This document shows, piece after piece, positions 41,201 through 56,200 of a DNA stretch of 64,000 nt. The notes below the pieces were generated by a model. It was given only the letters and a program-made list of their open reading frames with translations, ran no database searches and was not told the origin of the DNA. The stretch is from assembly GCF_033153115.1 (NCBI RefSeq), contig NW_026889833.1:1178001-1242000 (forward strand), read 5' to 3'. This DNA is from Saccostrea echinata (taxonomy: Eukaryota). A program made the position numbers and the translations under genes. Numbering within the stretch: the first letter of the stretch is position 1; every line of letters begins with the position of its first letter.

Positions 41201-44200
41201 GAAATTTTAATAAGTTTAAAACATTTTCAATAAAATTTGCTTTCTGTAAGAAATACATTACTACTTCACATTCATGAATCACCTACTTTTAAGCAAACAT
41301 TTTTATTTCTGAGAGCTTCATTTTTTGAAAGTGGCATTTCAAAAGTGACTCATTTTTGCCATAGATCTGACAGAATTCCATATATAAAACTACACAATAT
41401 ACATACTGATATTATAAGTGTGTTTTATACTTACTATCTAAATGGGTCATTATTTTATTTTAGTTCATCAATAAAATTAATGTTGTATTCATTGATGGTT
41501 CTTATATTTTAGGGAAAAAGTCATTGTTCTCGACAAATTATGGTATTTTTGGAGTAAAAAAAAATTAAAAAATTAATATTTACAAATTATTTAAGAATTT
41601 GAAATCAATATGTTGCTTATAAATCAACCATTATTACTTTAAATTTAAGAATAATTATTCAGAATCATAGAATTTCACAAACACTCTCTGATTAATGACT
41701 ATAACTATAGATTTTATCACATATTTGGGAAATAACCTCTATATTATTTATACAGCAATTTAGGATCATGTTTTAATTAAATTGATGTCAGCTAGTCCAT
41801 GGAAAATCCACCCTTATTCCATATGTTGTTTGGCAACTTCAACAAAATTCTTATTTAACAACTTAATTAAAATTTGAGGAAATTAAATTTTTTTCTTAAG
41901 TATGAATAAAAACAGATTCCATGCATTTATCATGAAAACTTCCCTAAAACTATATAAATTTAGTTTTTGAATATATCCATTACTTGTACATCAGTGCTGT
42001 AAAAAAAAGAGGAGGTAAATAAGCATGCAGACTATTTATTTTTTCATGACGACAATTTATCAGTTTATTTCAAGTTTCTTAAAGATAAAAAGGCAAATGG
42101 CTGTCAAAAATGCCAGAACTGACTACAATAGATTTTTTAACTGACATATTTACCCGTGGGTTGTTTACTTGACGTATACTGGTAGCTGGTAGTGAGAGGT
42201 GGTACGTTGTTAGTTTCAATGTGATGACGTTTCGCTGAAGAATGATGTGAAATACCAAAAGCTCAAGCAAAAATACAAAGCACTTCAAACACACAACACC
42301 AAACAAATTTATTCAAGTGTGTCCTCAATACATGGAAGTATAATCACCATAATGAAAAATTAACTAGGTAAATTAAAATGTAACCAATAAAGAATCACAA
42401 TGTGTGAACAAAATATTCTCGTGATTCAAAATTCATAATTTCAATATAATAATATTATGTTAAAATATTCAAGTGTTGACAATTTTAAAAGAACATTTTT
42501 TTTAGAATATTCTCGACTCCCTATTCAAATTTTCAATTTTAATATGCTAAAAATTAAAAAAAAAAAAAAGATTATAGTATTGATAATTTTTTAAAAGAAC
42601 TTTCTTTTTTTTTTAGAGTTTTTAAAGTTTAATTGACAAATTTTTGAATTTTAAAAGAACTCTTTGAACAGGTGATCAATGCAAGAACGTGTATTTGATG
42701 AAACACTTGGATAACTGTAGAATGAAATACGAATACATGTATTAATAAAAGTGTTTGGACTACAGAGATGAAACAAAAATTAATGCTAGAAATATATCTT
42801 GATCTAAGAAGTTACATAAAAGAACTAACTGCCTTCAAGCACCTAAAACTCAAATTATTACTACTGAAACACTAATCAAAAGCCTACATATTTTTTTTTT
42901 TCTTTTTTTTTTAAAATATTTATTATTAACAGTGTAAAATATTAAACTTGAATGAGATGAGTATTAGATTATCATTGCTTTACAACAATTTATTAAGTCT
43001 AATGAATCAGTTGCTGCCTTACAACACAACACTACAAAAAAAGCTCTAAAACACCATCACAGATAAATCAAAACAGCAAATTAAAGAAAAAAACCCAGCA
43101 CACAACATCTAAGATCACCAACAGGAAGTGCCTACCATCCATGGCTGCCAGATATCCACTTCCTTCCTGTATAGAGATGTACTCCTGATAGAGTTCCTCT
43201 TGGTCCAGTCTCTCGTCTTCCTCAGGAAGTACAATCTGTGAGGTATCCAGTGGGAGGACCACCTCTATCACATTGGACATACGCCCATCTTCAACATTGT
43301 CTGTTAAACAAATCACTAGAGAGTTATTTCACATGAAAACTTCAACGTGTCTTTTGACATTTATGTAAACGATTTTTGCAAATGCAACATTCATAACTTG
43401 AGATGAACCAGTAAATGGTATTTTATGTTCCTTTAATTTACTCGAGTATCTCTCATGCATGAATAAAGAGTTAGTAACATTCCTGATACCAAGAAAAAAA
43501 ACCTCTCTGTTTCCATATTTATATTCAGAAAGAAATTTTGCTAAATCTAATCTAACAGGCATCATCTTGTGCAAAGTAAAAAATAAAAAAAATGTCAAAA
43601 TGTATGCAGTTTAATCCTTTTCCACAAAGGTAGTGTACTAACACACTCTTTCTTTAATAGATTCTAACATTAAGGCAACTAGACTCTGAATAGTACAGAA
43701 TTATACATCTGATGCATATATACAACAGCTGGTTCGATCGTCTAATAATTGCTACTACTTGTAGATAATATTCTTTTGAAAACTTTCCTCCAAAAGTAAA
43801 TACAAGTTAGACTTCGTACATATATCAAATATACAGCTTTCAAAATGAACTTTTAATCTCCATTAACACCACTTTACTAAACCTAGACTGAAAGCCTTTA
43901 ACTGTGCTTAATATACTACTGATATGATGTGACGAATGAGATTCATACTACTGGTAATAAATAAATAAATTCATCACTATTTCCAATGAAAAGTTAAATT
44001 TTTATCCTTCTCTATTTTCTAGGCTTGGTAAGCCACTGAAGCAAATATGCAGAGATAGAACTCCGAAACTATAGAAAAGAAGCTCTGTGTTCAATTGAAT
44101 GTAAACTCACCATTTGTACCATCTGACAAATATATCAACGAGAAAATAAGATTTCAGAGCAAAAGGTCATAGAACTGACTGATAAAATACCATAAAAATG

Positions 44201-47200
44201 ATTCTGATAACATATGACACCACAATACATAGTTTACAGTAAATTTACATTCATAGATTGTTGACAGTTTGGAAATGTGGCTGATTGTGGATATATGATA
44301 TATCATTTTTTCTTTGACGCCTTACAATTATGCAACTGTCTAGCTATAATTAATTTAATAATTATTTAATGTTTCCACAAAGTCTTCATCTCTGTTTTCC
44401 TGCTCTCTCTCCTAATCCAGAATTACACAAAAGCATATTCATAGTATTTGTAAAATATCAAACAAAGATGCATGACTTTGAAAAAAGAAAAAGATTTGTA
44501 TTACAGGATTTGACTGAAGTGTGAATAGAAATCCCTGCAATACAAACACTTAAAATTTAGTCCTGAAAAGTTATTGGTTTTTGATACTTACCTTTTGGTA
44601 GAGCAACAACATAGATCCTATGCTCCTTATTCAGCTCACATCCACCAATGAAAACCTTACATCGGTTCTTGTCTGGATCAGGCACAAGCTAAAAAATATA
44701 ACAAGGTTGCTATAGGAAACTCCAATATAGTCAAGAGTACTAAAGATCACAGATGAAAGTTGATAATGTTATCATGAATAATTGAGAATGCTCTCTCTAC
44801 CTGTAACAATAAACAAAACAAGTAAATACACTTGAGGTGTTCAGGAATACCTAATTATTGACCAAGAATTAATTTCCTCTCCAGAGATGGATATTAAAAA
44901 ATAAATAAAGCTTGTGTTAGAAGAAAAAAAAATTAAAAACAGACTTTGAATAATGAGGAAACTGTCGCTAATCAATAATGGCTTTTGGAAGCATTAAGCA
45001 CTGTTTAAATATTGGGTATGTGAAAATAAACAAATTCTTTGTGAAAAGCTTCTTCCAACATATAAAATGGTGTCTCAGTGCTCTGAAAAATTTAAATCAA
45101 TTGTTCGATGGGAGTGTAAATAACAAGGTGATTGAGTATGGGATAATGTATTATTCCCTCCCTTCTACATGCCAGATATTGTACAGTCCAAAGCACAAAG
45201 AAGAAATTATACCATTTCAGTATATGGCATGCAACCTTTATGAACAATTGCAATAACCGTAGCTCAGACCTCACTTAATAAGTATATAATTTAAAAAAAA
45301 AAAGATAACTTATTTTACAATAATTTTTCATAGAAGCTGTTGAAATTCAAAAAGATTTACAATATAATTGCCATGTTAATTAAAGTTTAAGATGATAGTC
45401 ATGATAGCACTTAAAATGTACCTATAGTAGTAACTAATTTTAATTAAAAAAAAACAAACAAACAAAAAACAATGCTCAAGTTTAAGGGTGGTATTAATTA
45501 AATATACCTATTTTATACCTATATTGTAAAACTAATATATACATGCATTTATACATTAGTATGCAGACAATATAACACGCATCATCAATCCAAAGATTGG
45601 TTTTGCAAATTGACTCAGCTCTTAAATCAAAATTTTACCTGAAATCAGAGATTTCCTTATCCATGCAATGTCCAGAGACATATAGAACTTTATATGTACA
45701 TTCACAAAAGAGAAGTTATTCAGAATTTTGATGATTTGTACTTTAAATGTACTTAATATACACCACTCACTAGTAACCACAGGTCAGGTTAAACAACATA
45801 TACCAGACATTTAAAGTCATGTAGCTAATAATACGAGCCTTCTAATCAAACGTAAAGGCTATTCAAGTTCCAAATGGATTAATCACAAAACCATGTCAAG
45901 GGATTTAAATTTTTCATGTAGTACTAAATCATTCCTCAACCTGTTCATAAATTTTTTGATGTACCTGTTGATATGGCTTAATCCTACTAACTTGTGGAAA
46001 TAAGTTATGAGTTGTCTTTAATATTAACTTTTACCATTTTGAATATTTGTCTCAGAAAATAAAAGACACCCCCCCCCCCCACAAAAAAAAGGGGGGGGGG
46101 CAGATTTATTAATTCAAAATGTTATATAATGTATTCTTTTCTGCAAGCAGTGGGATTTAAACCCTTTCAATCAAAATATTTAATAGTTCATAACTCTAGA
46201 CATATTATAACATTAGAAAGAAGATCAAATCATAGCAAGGAAGTATAAGCACCAAAGAAAAACGAAATGAATGAAAAGAAATTGGATAATGATGCAATGA
46301 ATTCATAAAAAACTAGAATCAATATATACTGGCATCTCATAATATTGTGGTACTTATTTCCTTTGTGTACAAAAAGTTATTCCAAATTCTTACTTTAAAC
46401 TTTTCATCAAATGCTATATTCATAAACCTAACAATGAGTTAACTTAAAGTTTTCAGTTTCCCCCTCCCCATTAACAATGCTGCAATAGTCTGAGAAAACC
46501 AATTTAAAGCACCCAAAAGTCATTAACATCAACGCATACTCTCTGTCCAATTACTAAATTCCTTGCAAGTTCATTCTATACAGGATTTCAAATTAAACAA
46601 TTTAGAAAAATGAGACTCACCATAGCTCCACACTGCTGATCATTTAGGAACACGAGGTAGCCCTTGATGGGGTACTCAGTGGTGTCGATAGACATCCATA
46701 CCACAACCAGGGCATCCTGCTTGTTAGCCCGCTCAAGGGAGATTACTGGTCCACCCTCCTTTGTCATCAGGGGCACCTTCATTGTCTGAAGAGATAAAAA
46801 TGACACATATCAATATTCAACTTAGATTAGTGCATTTATCCAAGTTTCTTCAATTTTAATACTAAGGTGAAGTTCATATATACATTTTCTTTGTTGTTGA
46901 CATCTCAGCTAGGGGCCTTTTACAACTAAGATCAAAACTTAAGTTAATTGTAAAATTTTCTGATATGATTCTCTTAAAAACTGCTTGCATAAAAATACCT
47001 TAAAGTTTCTAAATTCTTTTAAAAAAAAAGATTAAAACCACCTTGAGATTAATGTTAAAAAGAAAATTAATTTTCACAGAATTACATCATGGTCATAGTC
47101 GTAATTTTTTTGTAAAATGGAGCCCAGAATAACAATCTTTTAAGCTATTTAACTATTTTTATTTTCACACTGTTTACAAGATCATGGGAAAACAACAAGA

Positions 47201-50200
47201 ATTCATAGAAGGGGTTGAGATTATGAAAATATGCAAGGTAAATTGAATTACCTGGCCTTTGTAAGGATTTTGCAGTGTGCATATGACTTCAGTGATAAAC
47301 AATATGACAAAGTAATATTTCAACAATTGTGTATAATCTTAAATTGTGTTTTGTTAATAAATGTGCTTTACTGGCCTAATTTAGGAGTGGATGGGGATAG
47401 TTTAAGCATTGAAGCAGCTGTTTTATTGATAAACTGACAACTCACCAGTTTGTTTGAGGTCTGAGGGTTGAGTTTTTTATCCAGAGAATAGACCTCTACA
47501 TAAACCTCGTATATCCGATTTCCTGCCAGTCCAGTGATGTTAAGACTATTATTATTGGGAGGGAACATTTCACAGTACCTCACTCCATTCAGGAAAATCT
47601 GATAAAAAAAAAAAAAAAAAAAAATTAACAATCACAATAAAATTTCAATTTTTTCAATATTATCTTAAATGCTGGAATTTCTCTAGGATAACGCATTCAT
47701 AAGCATCTTTATAAAATTGGTTTGGTTCTGCAAATTTCACTGCAAGAAGGCATATACAAGTACATGTACTTTTAGCTAGCTAGGTCAAAGCTGGGTTAAG
47801 TGTACACTACAACTAAAATGTCCTTCAAACTAAGTAAACTATGCACAGCTTCATCTGAAATGCATGACAAGGTAATCAAAAACAAAGAAAAGACCGTTTA
47901 CCTGGTACCCTTTGATGAGTTTTTTCTGGATAGCATTAGGCTCCTCCCAGAAAACCTCCATGACCCCGGGGTCAGTAAAGCACGCTTTGACGGTCGGCGC
48001 ACAACTCCACCAGTCCCAATTATCATTTTTCTACATAAAAAAGGGGAGAGAACATGTCTCAGAAATTGCAGGGTTTCTTGGATATTATACTGAAAACTTT
48101 TCCCCTCAATATGCAAAACTTTAATTTTTCTTTTACAATTAAGAGGATTTTTACCTGCGGAGTCTGTCGCTTCTCCTCCTTCTGGTCACCAGATGTCTCT
48201 GTTTCTGAGGAACTTTCCTCCACCGTACCCTCTTTGGCCAAAACCCAGTATCGCCTACAATATTTATAATGAAATGGTGCATATATGGTCCTAAAGTTCA
48301 GGTAAAATAAAGGAATATGTGCTTATCAAAAAAAAAAAAGACGAAAAAATTTGTAAGTGATTTCTAACATGTCTTATTTGAATGATAAAATACTAGAATC
48401 TTAGGGTAAATTATAAGTTAATTAGCTAACAGGATTGGGAGTCATGTATGAGTCTTCTATGATTTTCTTCAAAATTACAGTGTACAATGTACAATATGAT
48501 GTACAACTCATTATCCAAATTTTAAAAAGATAATTAACATAAGCATATCTACATCTTTTGAAGAGAAATGATAATACCATGGGATTAAATTTTGTTGAAA
48601 ATGAATTTTGTAATTCATAAAAATTCAATTCCAATTAACATTATACAGTCATACCTCAATATTTCAAACTCAATGGACCAAGAAAAACTTCAAGATGTCC
48701 AAGAGATTGAGATATATTAAGGACTTTAAGCTGACTTGCACAAGTGCATGATAATCGAAATAATGATGTTTGAGACACCAATCAAAGTTTAACTGTATAT
48801 TTAAAATACATGCTTTGTCTTAACCCAAGTTACTTACTTAGAGGTAAAAATGGAACTATTGAGGAGTCCTTCCTTTACTGCCATAGCTCTTATAAAACAC
48901 AGTCCATGTTTCTTAAGAATGACACCTTTCTCTGGGTTGTATAGCTAGAGAAAAAAAAATCAAGAAACAGAAAACATTTAAAATTTTATCTTTCAGGGCC
49001 TAGATTTGCTAGGATTATAAATCTTAAAGGCAAGTCTTCATGTCTGCCATTGCCAAGCAAATCTCTCTTCTTTCCTGGAGAGTTCTTTAGTCATTGATTG
49101 CTGTATAATATCACCTATCACTTTTCCATGTAAGAAAATCTTAATCATGATCAATTTTTGCAAAATGTAACAAATGACTTATCTTATTTAATCTTTGACC
49201 TGTCTATTGATAAGAAATTTAATCAATGCAAGTTTTACCTTTGCTGATTCAATGTGAAGTTCAGGTGGGGATCCATCAGTGGTGTAGAAAATTTTGGATC
49301 CGAGTGTTTCACAGACCAGTTCTATCTTGCTGAATTGATCAACAGTTCCTCCATTCAAGGAGTTTGGAGCTACCGAAGGTTCCTTTACATGATCAGCTGA
49401 AAAAGGTGAAAAATGTAGCTCACAAATCAATCTTCTATTTACCATAAAGACAATGGATATTATATTTCTCAATCTTTCCAAAACTAGAGCTATCCCAATG
49501 AGGTAAAAAATAAAATCCCCTAAAAACCCTCAAAGAAGGCAGGAATTCAAAGTATACCCTGAAAGGGCACACTAAAATCAAGGAAAGGCAGATAATGCAG
49601 TGAAGAACACTGAAAAATTTTCAACATTTAACATCCCCTGATCATGGAACATTAATGTTGACATATGAACATGATATCTCTTCTGGTCAGAAATGCTACA
49701 GACCTGTAAGAACCTTTATAATCTCTACATTTACATATAACATAACGACTCACACAAGAATTCAGAATCCTTAAATAATTAACTTTTTTGCTAAACAGTT
49801 TACCTGCTGTGTGTCCAAGAGTGAAGAAAAAAATCTTTTAAATATGACAGTTTTTACCTCATCACAAGTAAAGATAGGATCATAATGTACTCCCCCCCCT
49901 TTCTAATCCAATTATAGCAAATATGTTTAATATATGGATCCTAGTATTTGGCTGAAATTAGTCCAGCTGTTTAAAAGAAGCTCAAATTGTTGAAAGTTTT
50001 CACACGTCTTACAGTGAGAGACAAGAACACAGATAGCAACTGGTCATCTGAAGGTTACAAAATATAGAAATATTTTACAAACTACTTTACACATAAGCTT
50101 TGAGGACTATTATGGCCCAAGATCTCTACTGCCCTGAAGAAGAACATGCACAAAGTAAGCAACTTTTGGCTTTAATATTTAAATCTATTTCATAAAACAA

Positions 50201-53200
50201 GTAAAAACACTTCAAATGTTATTATTACACTCCACAATCAATTAATTCAATGCACCAACTTCAGACACTTTTAATACATATTAAATGTTTACCATGCATG
50301 CTAATAAATCAAGCTCCATATATGCTCAATCTTTCCCTAAAAAATGCACATTAAAAGCACATCGATCACTCTGCCTTTTCCCTTAAGGCAACGTTCCAGC
50401 TTTTTTGGCATTACTCTAGATGCATGTTAGCTATCAAAAAGCTCCCAAGTATGCAAAATTTCACGCCTCTCTTACCATCCACCACAAAAACAGTACAGAT
50501 TTCATCTGGCGCCCCCTCAGACATGATAAAATACTGTCCGATCCTATCAAATGTGTGTAAAAACTCTCGATTTTTCTCCAACATGCCGCTCCGAAAACCT
50601 CGGATTCCAGTGACAATTTTTTCCTTGATTGGAACCTAATGAGATAATATGAAAGAATTTAATCATCATTTTAATATGATTTTTACCTGATGTTATGACG
50701 TGAACCGTACAGGAATATCCAGGTGCACCTTGGGAAGCCACAGTGAAACTACCGAGCTCGTCAAATGTGTAGAGGAAGCTGTTGTTTTTTACCTGTTTGC
50801 CACTGTTAAATGATTTTACACCACCAACTACATTAAGGGGTTCCTGTTGGCCAGAAATAAGCATTTAATACAATGTATACAAACAATCCTGGAAAGGCAC
50901 CATTAACTCTGTAAAGCAATTTAAAAATTTTATATATTTGCTCTGGTTTAAAAAAACAGTTTCATTGCTGTTTGACATACAAACATAAATAAATGAATCA
51001 AATTGAATTCCTTTAAAAAAAAATCAATTAAACTGTTATTTTCATTGAAATGTTGAACAGATTTTTTAATGTTTTACTACTAGTAAAGTCCCATTAGTAT
51101 TTAGGAGAAGTAGGAAAAGTACCACATGTTCTCTTATGTGGAGAGGAAAAAGTACTCAGAAAGGCTTCGAAAAATTACAAAATTTTATGAGACAGTATAA
51201 ATAATGACAAGAGTTCAGAAAATACTAAATACTTTCTAGACTAGTTAGTTTTTATTCATATCTGTAAGGGGAGGAAATGGTAAGATTCATGTCATACAAA
51301 ACAATTCTTCTTTTTTCAAAATTATAGGTTATTTGACAAATACATGTCATTTTAAACATTTAGCACCATTTCATCAGAGAAAAATATGCATGTAGCAAAT
51401 GCAAAGGCTAAAATTTGACTCAGTATTAAATGATTCAGTCAAGACTATTTCAAATTCCAGCAACCATACATATTACCAGATTAAACAATTATATAACAGT
51501 AAGAAACAGTGAATTAATCTAATACGAAATTTTCCCTTAAACTTGGCCAATGTAGGGTAACATATTTTTATGAAAGTTAATACTACATAAATTTTAATGC
51601 TAGATACTGGTTTTCCTTTGGAAGAGTGGTGGATAATAGGATAAATGATAGTATGACCATGAATAATTATCACAGACAGGACTCACTTGAGGGTTCATTC
51701 TTCCAAAACGGTCCTTGATTAAAGGATAATGCAAAACAATTAAGTAAATCTATTCTAACTACATCTTTCATGAATAGAATTCCATTAAATTAATTAATGA
51801 ATCACTACAATTTTTTTACATCTTTTGTAATACCAGTGTTTAGTACCTTGCTATCTGGAGAGGTGACATGGATGATATTGTGTTCCTCATCCGTGTTGAT
51901 CCAGGTCCATCTGACACTTTCTCCCTAATAATTAAAAACCGAATCAAAGTTTACAAGTATTCTTAAACATTTCTCATTGTACTTCTGAAATTGGTGCCTG
52001 TTAAAAGTTACCTCCCTTTAAAAAGACTAAAACACTTCGAAGGAAAATCTGAAGTCAGTTACTAACTGATAAAATGTCAGTTTCTATACAGTAAAACTCG
52101 CTTATAAGGAACTCTGATATTAGTAATTCTCAGTTATGATAAGAAGAATTCCCCATCTCTCATATCATAATATGTTCTTACAGTGAAACTCATTTAGTAT
52201 GAACATGGATATAGCAAATTCACAGATATAGTGAATTTTTTTTTATCCCACGCAAAATTCTAAACAAATCCTAGGAAAATATAACGATTATAAGTAACTC
52301 TGATATAGCAAATTTCTGGATATAGCGAACTGTTTTTGTGTCCCGTAGAGGTTAAAAATAACGAAATTACATCTTTTATAATGAATTTTCGGTATCTTAA
52401 AACTCAAATATTTATGTGGCATTATTTATCATTAGTATTAATATCTGAAATTCAATTCATCAGAAATCTTTAGAAACTTTAGGGAAAATTTTGTATTTAA
52501 TACCACCCAGTACATATTTGGTAGTCACATTTGAAGGAAAAAATGCATATTGCGAATTTTTTATACATGTATATACTTTAACTAATTCGTTATATGGATA
52601 TAACCAAATATGGAAATAGTGTTCAAAGTAAATTCACAGGTTCCTAGAACTTGGCTATAATCAAGTTTTACTGTATATGGATATTAAGTACTTTGGTTAC
52701 AAGGAACTAAAAATTTATATCTCAAGAAATTCCTAATAAGCAATTTTTACTGTATATATATTTTGATCAAAAAGACAGTCTTAAACCAGTTTTAAATACT
52801 ATAATTATAGAGTCTGTCCATACCTTCTGTACATATACAAAATGTGGATGAAATCCCTGCTGGTCGACTTTGATGACTGTGTTGTCATAGCGCTCATCAC
52901 TGATCACACTGCTAAATCTCACATCCTCCAGGTACTGAAGAAACAAATCATCTCACAAATCAAGAATAATTATACTGTTATAATGCCTTATACAGTATTT
53001 TCAATTTGGTACTGTAGATAAATTTTGTGAAAAATTAGCTCAATAGGTGAAAAAATAATGGAGTTTTAATTTCACTATAGATGCATATGCTAAGAAATTT
53101 TAAAGTCAAGAAACAGTGGTCATCATATACACTTGTGGATGCACTTAAGGAATAACTGTCTAATTTTTTGGTTTCATGATGTGATCAATCGAGTGGCTTG

Positions 53201-56200
53201 CGTGATAATTTGCATAAACGCCGAAGGCGTTTATGCATAAAATTATCACGCAAGCCAATCGACTGATCATCGTCATGAAACCCCAAAATCTGACAGTTAT
53301 TCCTTATATGTACATGCTCTTAATTCTGCAAATTCACATGCTACAAGCCCCCGCTTCTGTCTCTATTCGTCCCGCCCCGCTCGTGATTTTTTTTCAACAC
53401 GCCTATCAATGAACCAGTAGATTTATGTAGAAATAAAGTTTTTTTTACTATTTGAAATTTTATCTCACACAAAGACATTGGAAATGTAAACATTTTATAT
53501 TTCAGTGAATTAAAACATGTGTCAAAGAAAAAAATATTTGTGATTAAAACAAATTACAATTCATGTGGAATTTGCAAGATCTATTGTAAAGCTTACATTT
53601 TCGACATTTTTCTTTTGTTTGTTGAAGGACTTGCTGTAGAAATGCATCACTCCTGTTTTGTCTATAGCCTTGCTCAAACAAGACCTAAAAATAAATCAAT
53701 CATAAAATTAAAACAGTAAAAACTTAATGAGCAATGCTTTGACAGTTCTCTACATGGCACTAAGTGATATGTGAAGCCATTACAAAGTTAGACAGTGGTA
53801 AGACCATGAGCAGATTTACAGCTAGACAAACTGACAGCCTTAGAGAAAGACATACAGACAGACAGACATACAAAGCAGACAGATGTACAGCTAGACAGAC
53901 AGACAATAAAAACTGACCTTGCACTGACTTCTTCACACTGTAGATCTTCTGTAACTTGGTCAGGATGGGTGATTTCGACTACATTCTCTTTTTGTGGTTT
54001 GCTAAAGATCCAGCACACAATGTCGTGAACTTTGACAGAGATGGGGTCAGGACGTATGATGGGTCCTACTTCCACCTCGTGAACCACTGGCTGTGTGGTC
54101 ACAACCACTGCTCCAAATATCTTTGGTAAACTTTGACTAGAAAGTAAAATTTTCTTATGTTACAAGTTTGCATATTTCATATGTTGTAACTTACTCAGAT
54201 GGTAAAATTCAAAATTGATTTAAAAAAACAAAACAAAAAAAACTAGTAAATCTTGAAAAATCAATTACCTACAACCTAGCACACAAATCAACCTAATTTT
54301 ACCTTTTATAGTAAAATACTCCTGGAAATTCGAAGGTGTGTACGAAAGCTGAGGGTGAGTCCCGAGGCATACCGCTGCAGAATCCCCCAGGGATGGGATC
54401 ACCTTGATGGGACACCTGTATGACATTATGCTGCTTCTTGGTGCTCTGCCACACCCACCAGACCCGGTCATTGGGTCGGACCGACATGATGACCTTCTGT
54501 TCTGGACCGCTGTCTGTCAGGTGGATTGTGTGATTCTGAGAAAAACAGAAACAAGAAAAAAATTCTCATGTTTAAATATGAAAAAAGATTTTCAAGGACT
54601 TATATCCGAACAAGCAAAATTTTTTTGCTTGTAATATTTCTGTAAGTTCCCTTTTGCCAGATAATATTATATTTTGAATTTTCTTTTTCAAACAAATGAA
54701 AGCTATTTTAAAACCCAAATAATGCAAACTGCAATTTATACATTGTCCATATACAAGGGAAATAACTACAACATCACTGACCTTTTCTCCTGGGCTGACT
54801 ATCACAGAACACACAGTCGAGTTCCGTACCCTGTAATGGTACACTCCAGTTGTGGAATAAAAAACTGTTGCAAATCCCACATCTGTGATCAGTTTTACAG
54901 TCTCCTCATCTGGGTGCTGGTATTTAGCTGCAGATAAAAAAACAAAGTTCTCTTTATTTCTAATAATTGCAATTCCACAATCTTTAAATTTTTTCCTTTC
55001 TCCATAAGATTTATTATTCACTAAAGTTAGTTTTACAACAAAACTTATTTGTAGTTCTGAACTGTAAATTTATCCTCCACAATGAATGCAAATATAGCAA
55101 TACATTGATCTACATGTACATTATGCTTTAGAGATTGCAGTTTTGAAACTTTGCAGTTTATGGAATTTTAAGACTGTGTTTAAGACCACCTTCCTGACTT
55201 ACATTCATCCTCTGGTGTGGAAGGTCGCTTCGTTGCTGGGTTCAGACATTTTTCTACCTCCCTCAGTAAAACTGGAATATTTTTCTTTGAAAACAGAATG
55301 GGGTTCCACCAGAACCAGATTCTCTCTCCTGTTCTGATTCGTACTACATCTGTTCAGATTAAAAGGCAAAAAATAAAAAATGATTAGTATGATACTGAAA
55401 TTTATTACACCAATCATAACTTTTCATTTGTATTGTCCTGTGCTATGAGGTTACCTGGTTCAAAACCGTCCTCCTTGATCATTACCCTGTGTTCCTTTGG
55501 TTTAGGTTTGACTATCACAGTACCAATGTACTCAGCTGCCTCCTGGAAGTTTTGGTCCGAGTAATAGAACACTCCAGGTTCTGTGAACACATGAGACAGC
55601 AGACCCTGCTTACTGTAAAACAGATTATGTCAATCACTTAATACATGCCTCCTGTTTGTGAGCAAAAATCAAACCACTTCATTTATCAACTTATTGATAA
55701 GTCTTTTCTCTTGTGACATATTGTGGACCCCCCTTTCAAATATTTTTTTTTCGTTGTCACCTTCAATAGTTAGTAAATTTTATATGGCACAAATTTAACA
55801 AAGCTATATCACATAAACTGTAACTTAACATAAAATAGGCTAAGTGAATCAGTTGCAATAGGTCTAATTATTTAGGAAGTGGCAATATTTAACAGTAAAC
55901 TATATAGAAGTCCAGATAGCACCCAGTTTACCATCATATAACATAACAATTCAATGAAAACCAGTGGTTATGTTTAAATAAATAAACTAACAGGAGAATT
56001 GATTATCTCCCCTACCTTGGTTGACTCCACCTGAAGCCATTCTGAACCGGTTGATATGGTTCCTCATCATCCTGGTTCAAGGTCGGGGCCTCTATCTGAT
56101 ATACACAATGGTGTTTCTTGCACTGTGAACACACAAAAAAAATGTCAGGGTTATTACCTAAAATTGTATAATCTAGAATAATGATGGCCTCTTTTTTAAA

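Noticed and set aside
16607-48030. Naming the giant gene RIM-binding protein, titin/twitchin, usherin or PKHD1L1
   Set aside because: The FN3 repeats look RIM-BP-like (GYxVYVNG), but no SH3, Ig, kinase, laminin, IPT/G8 or transmembrane domains were seen, so no symbol was assigned.
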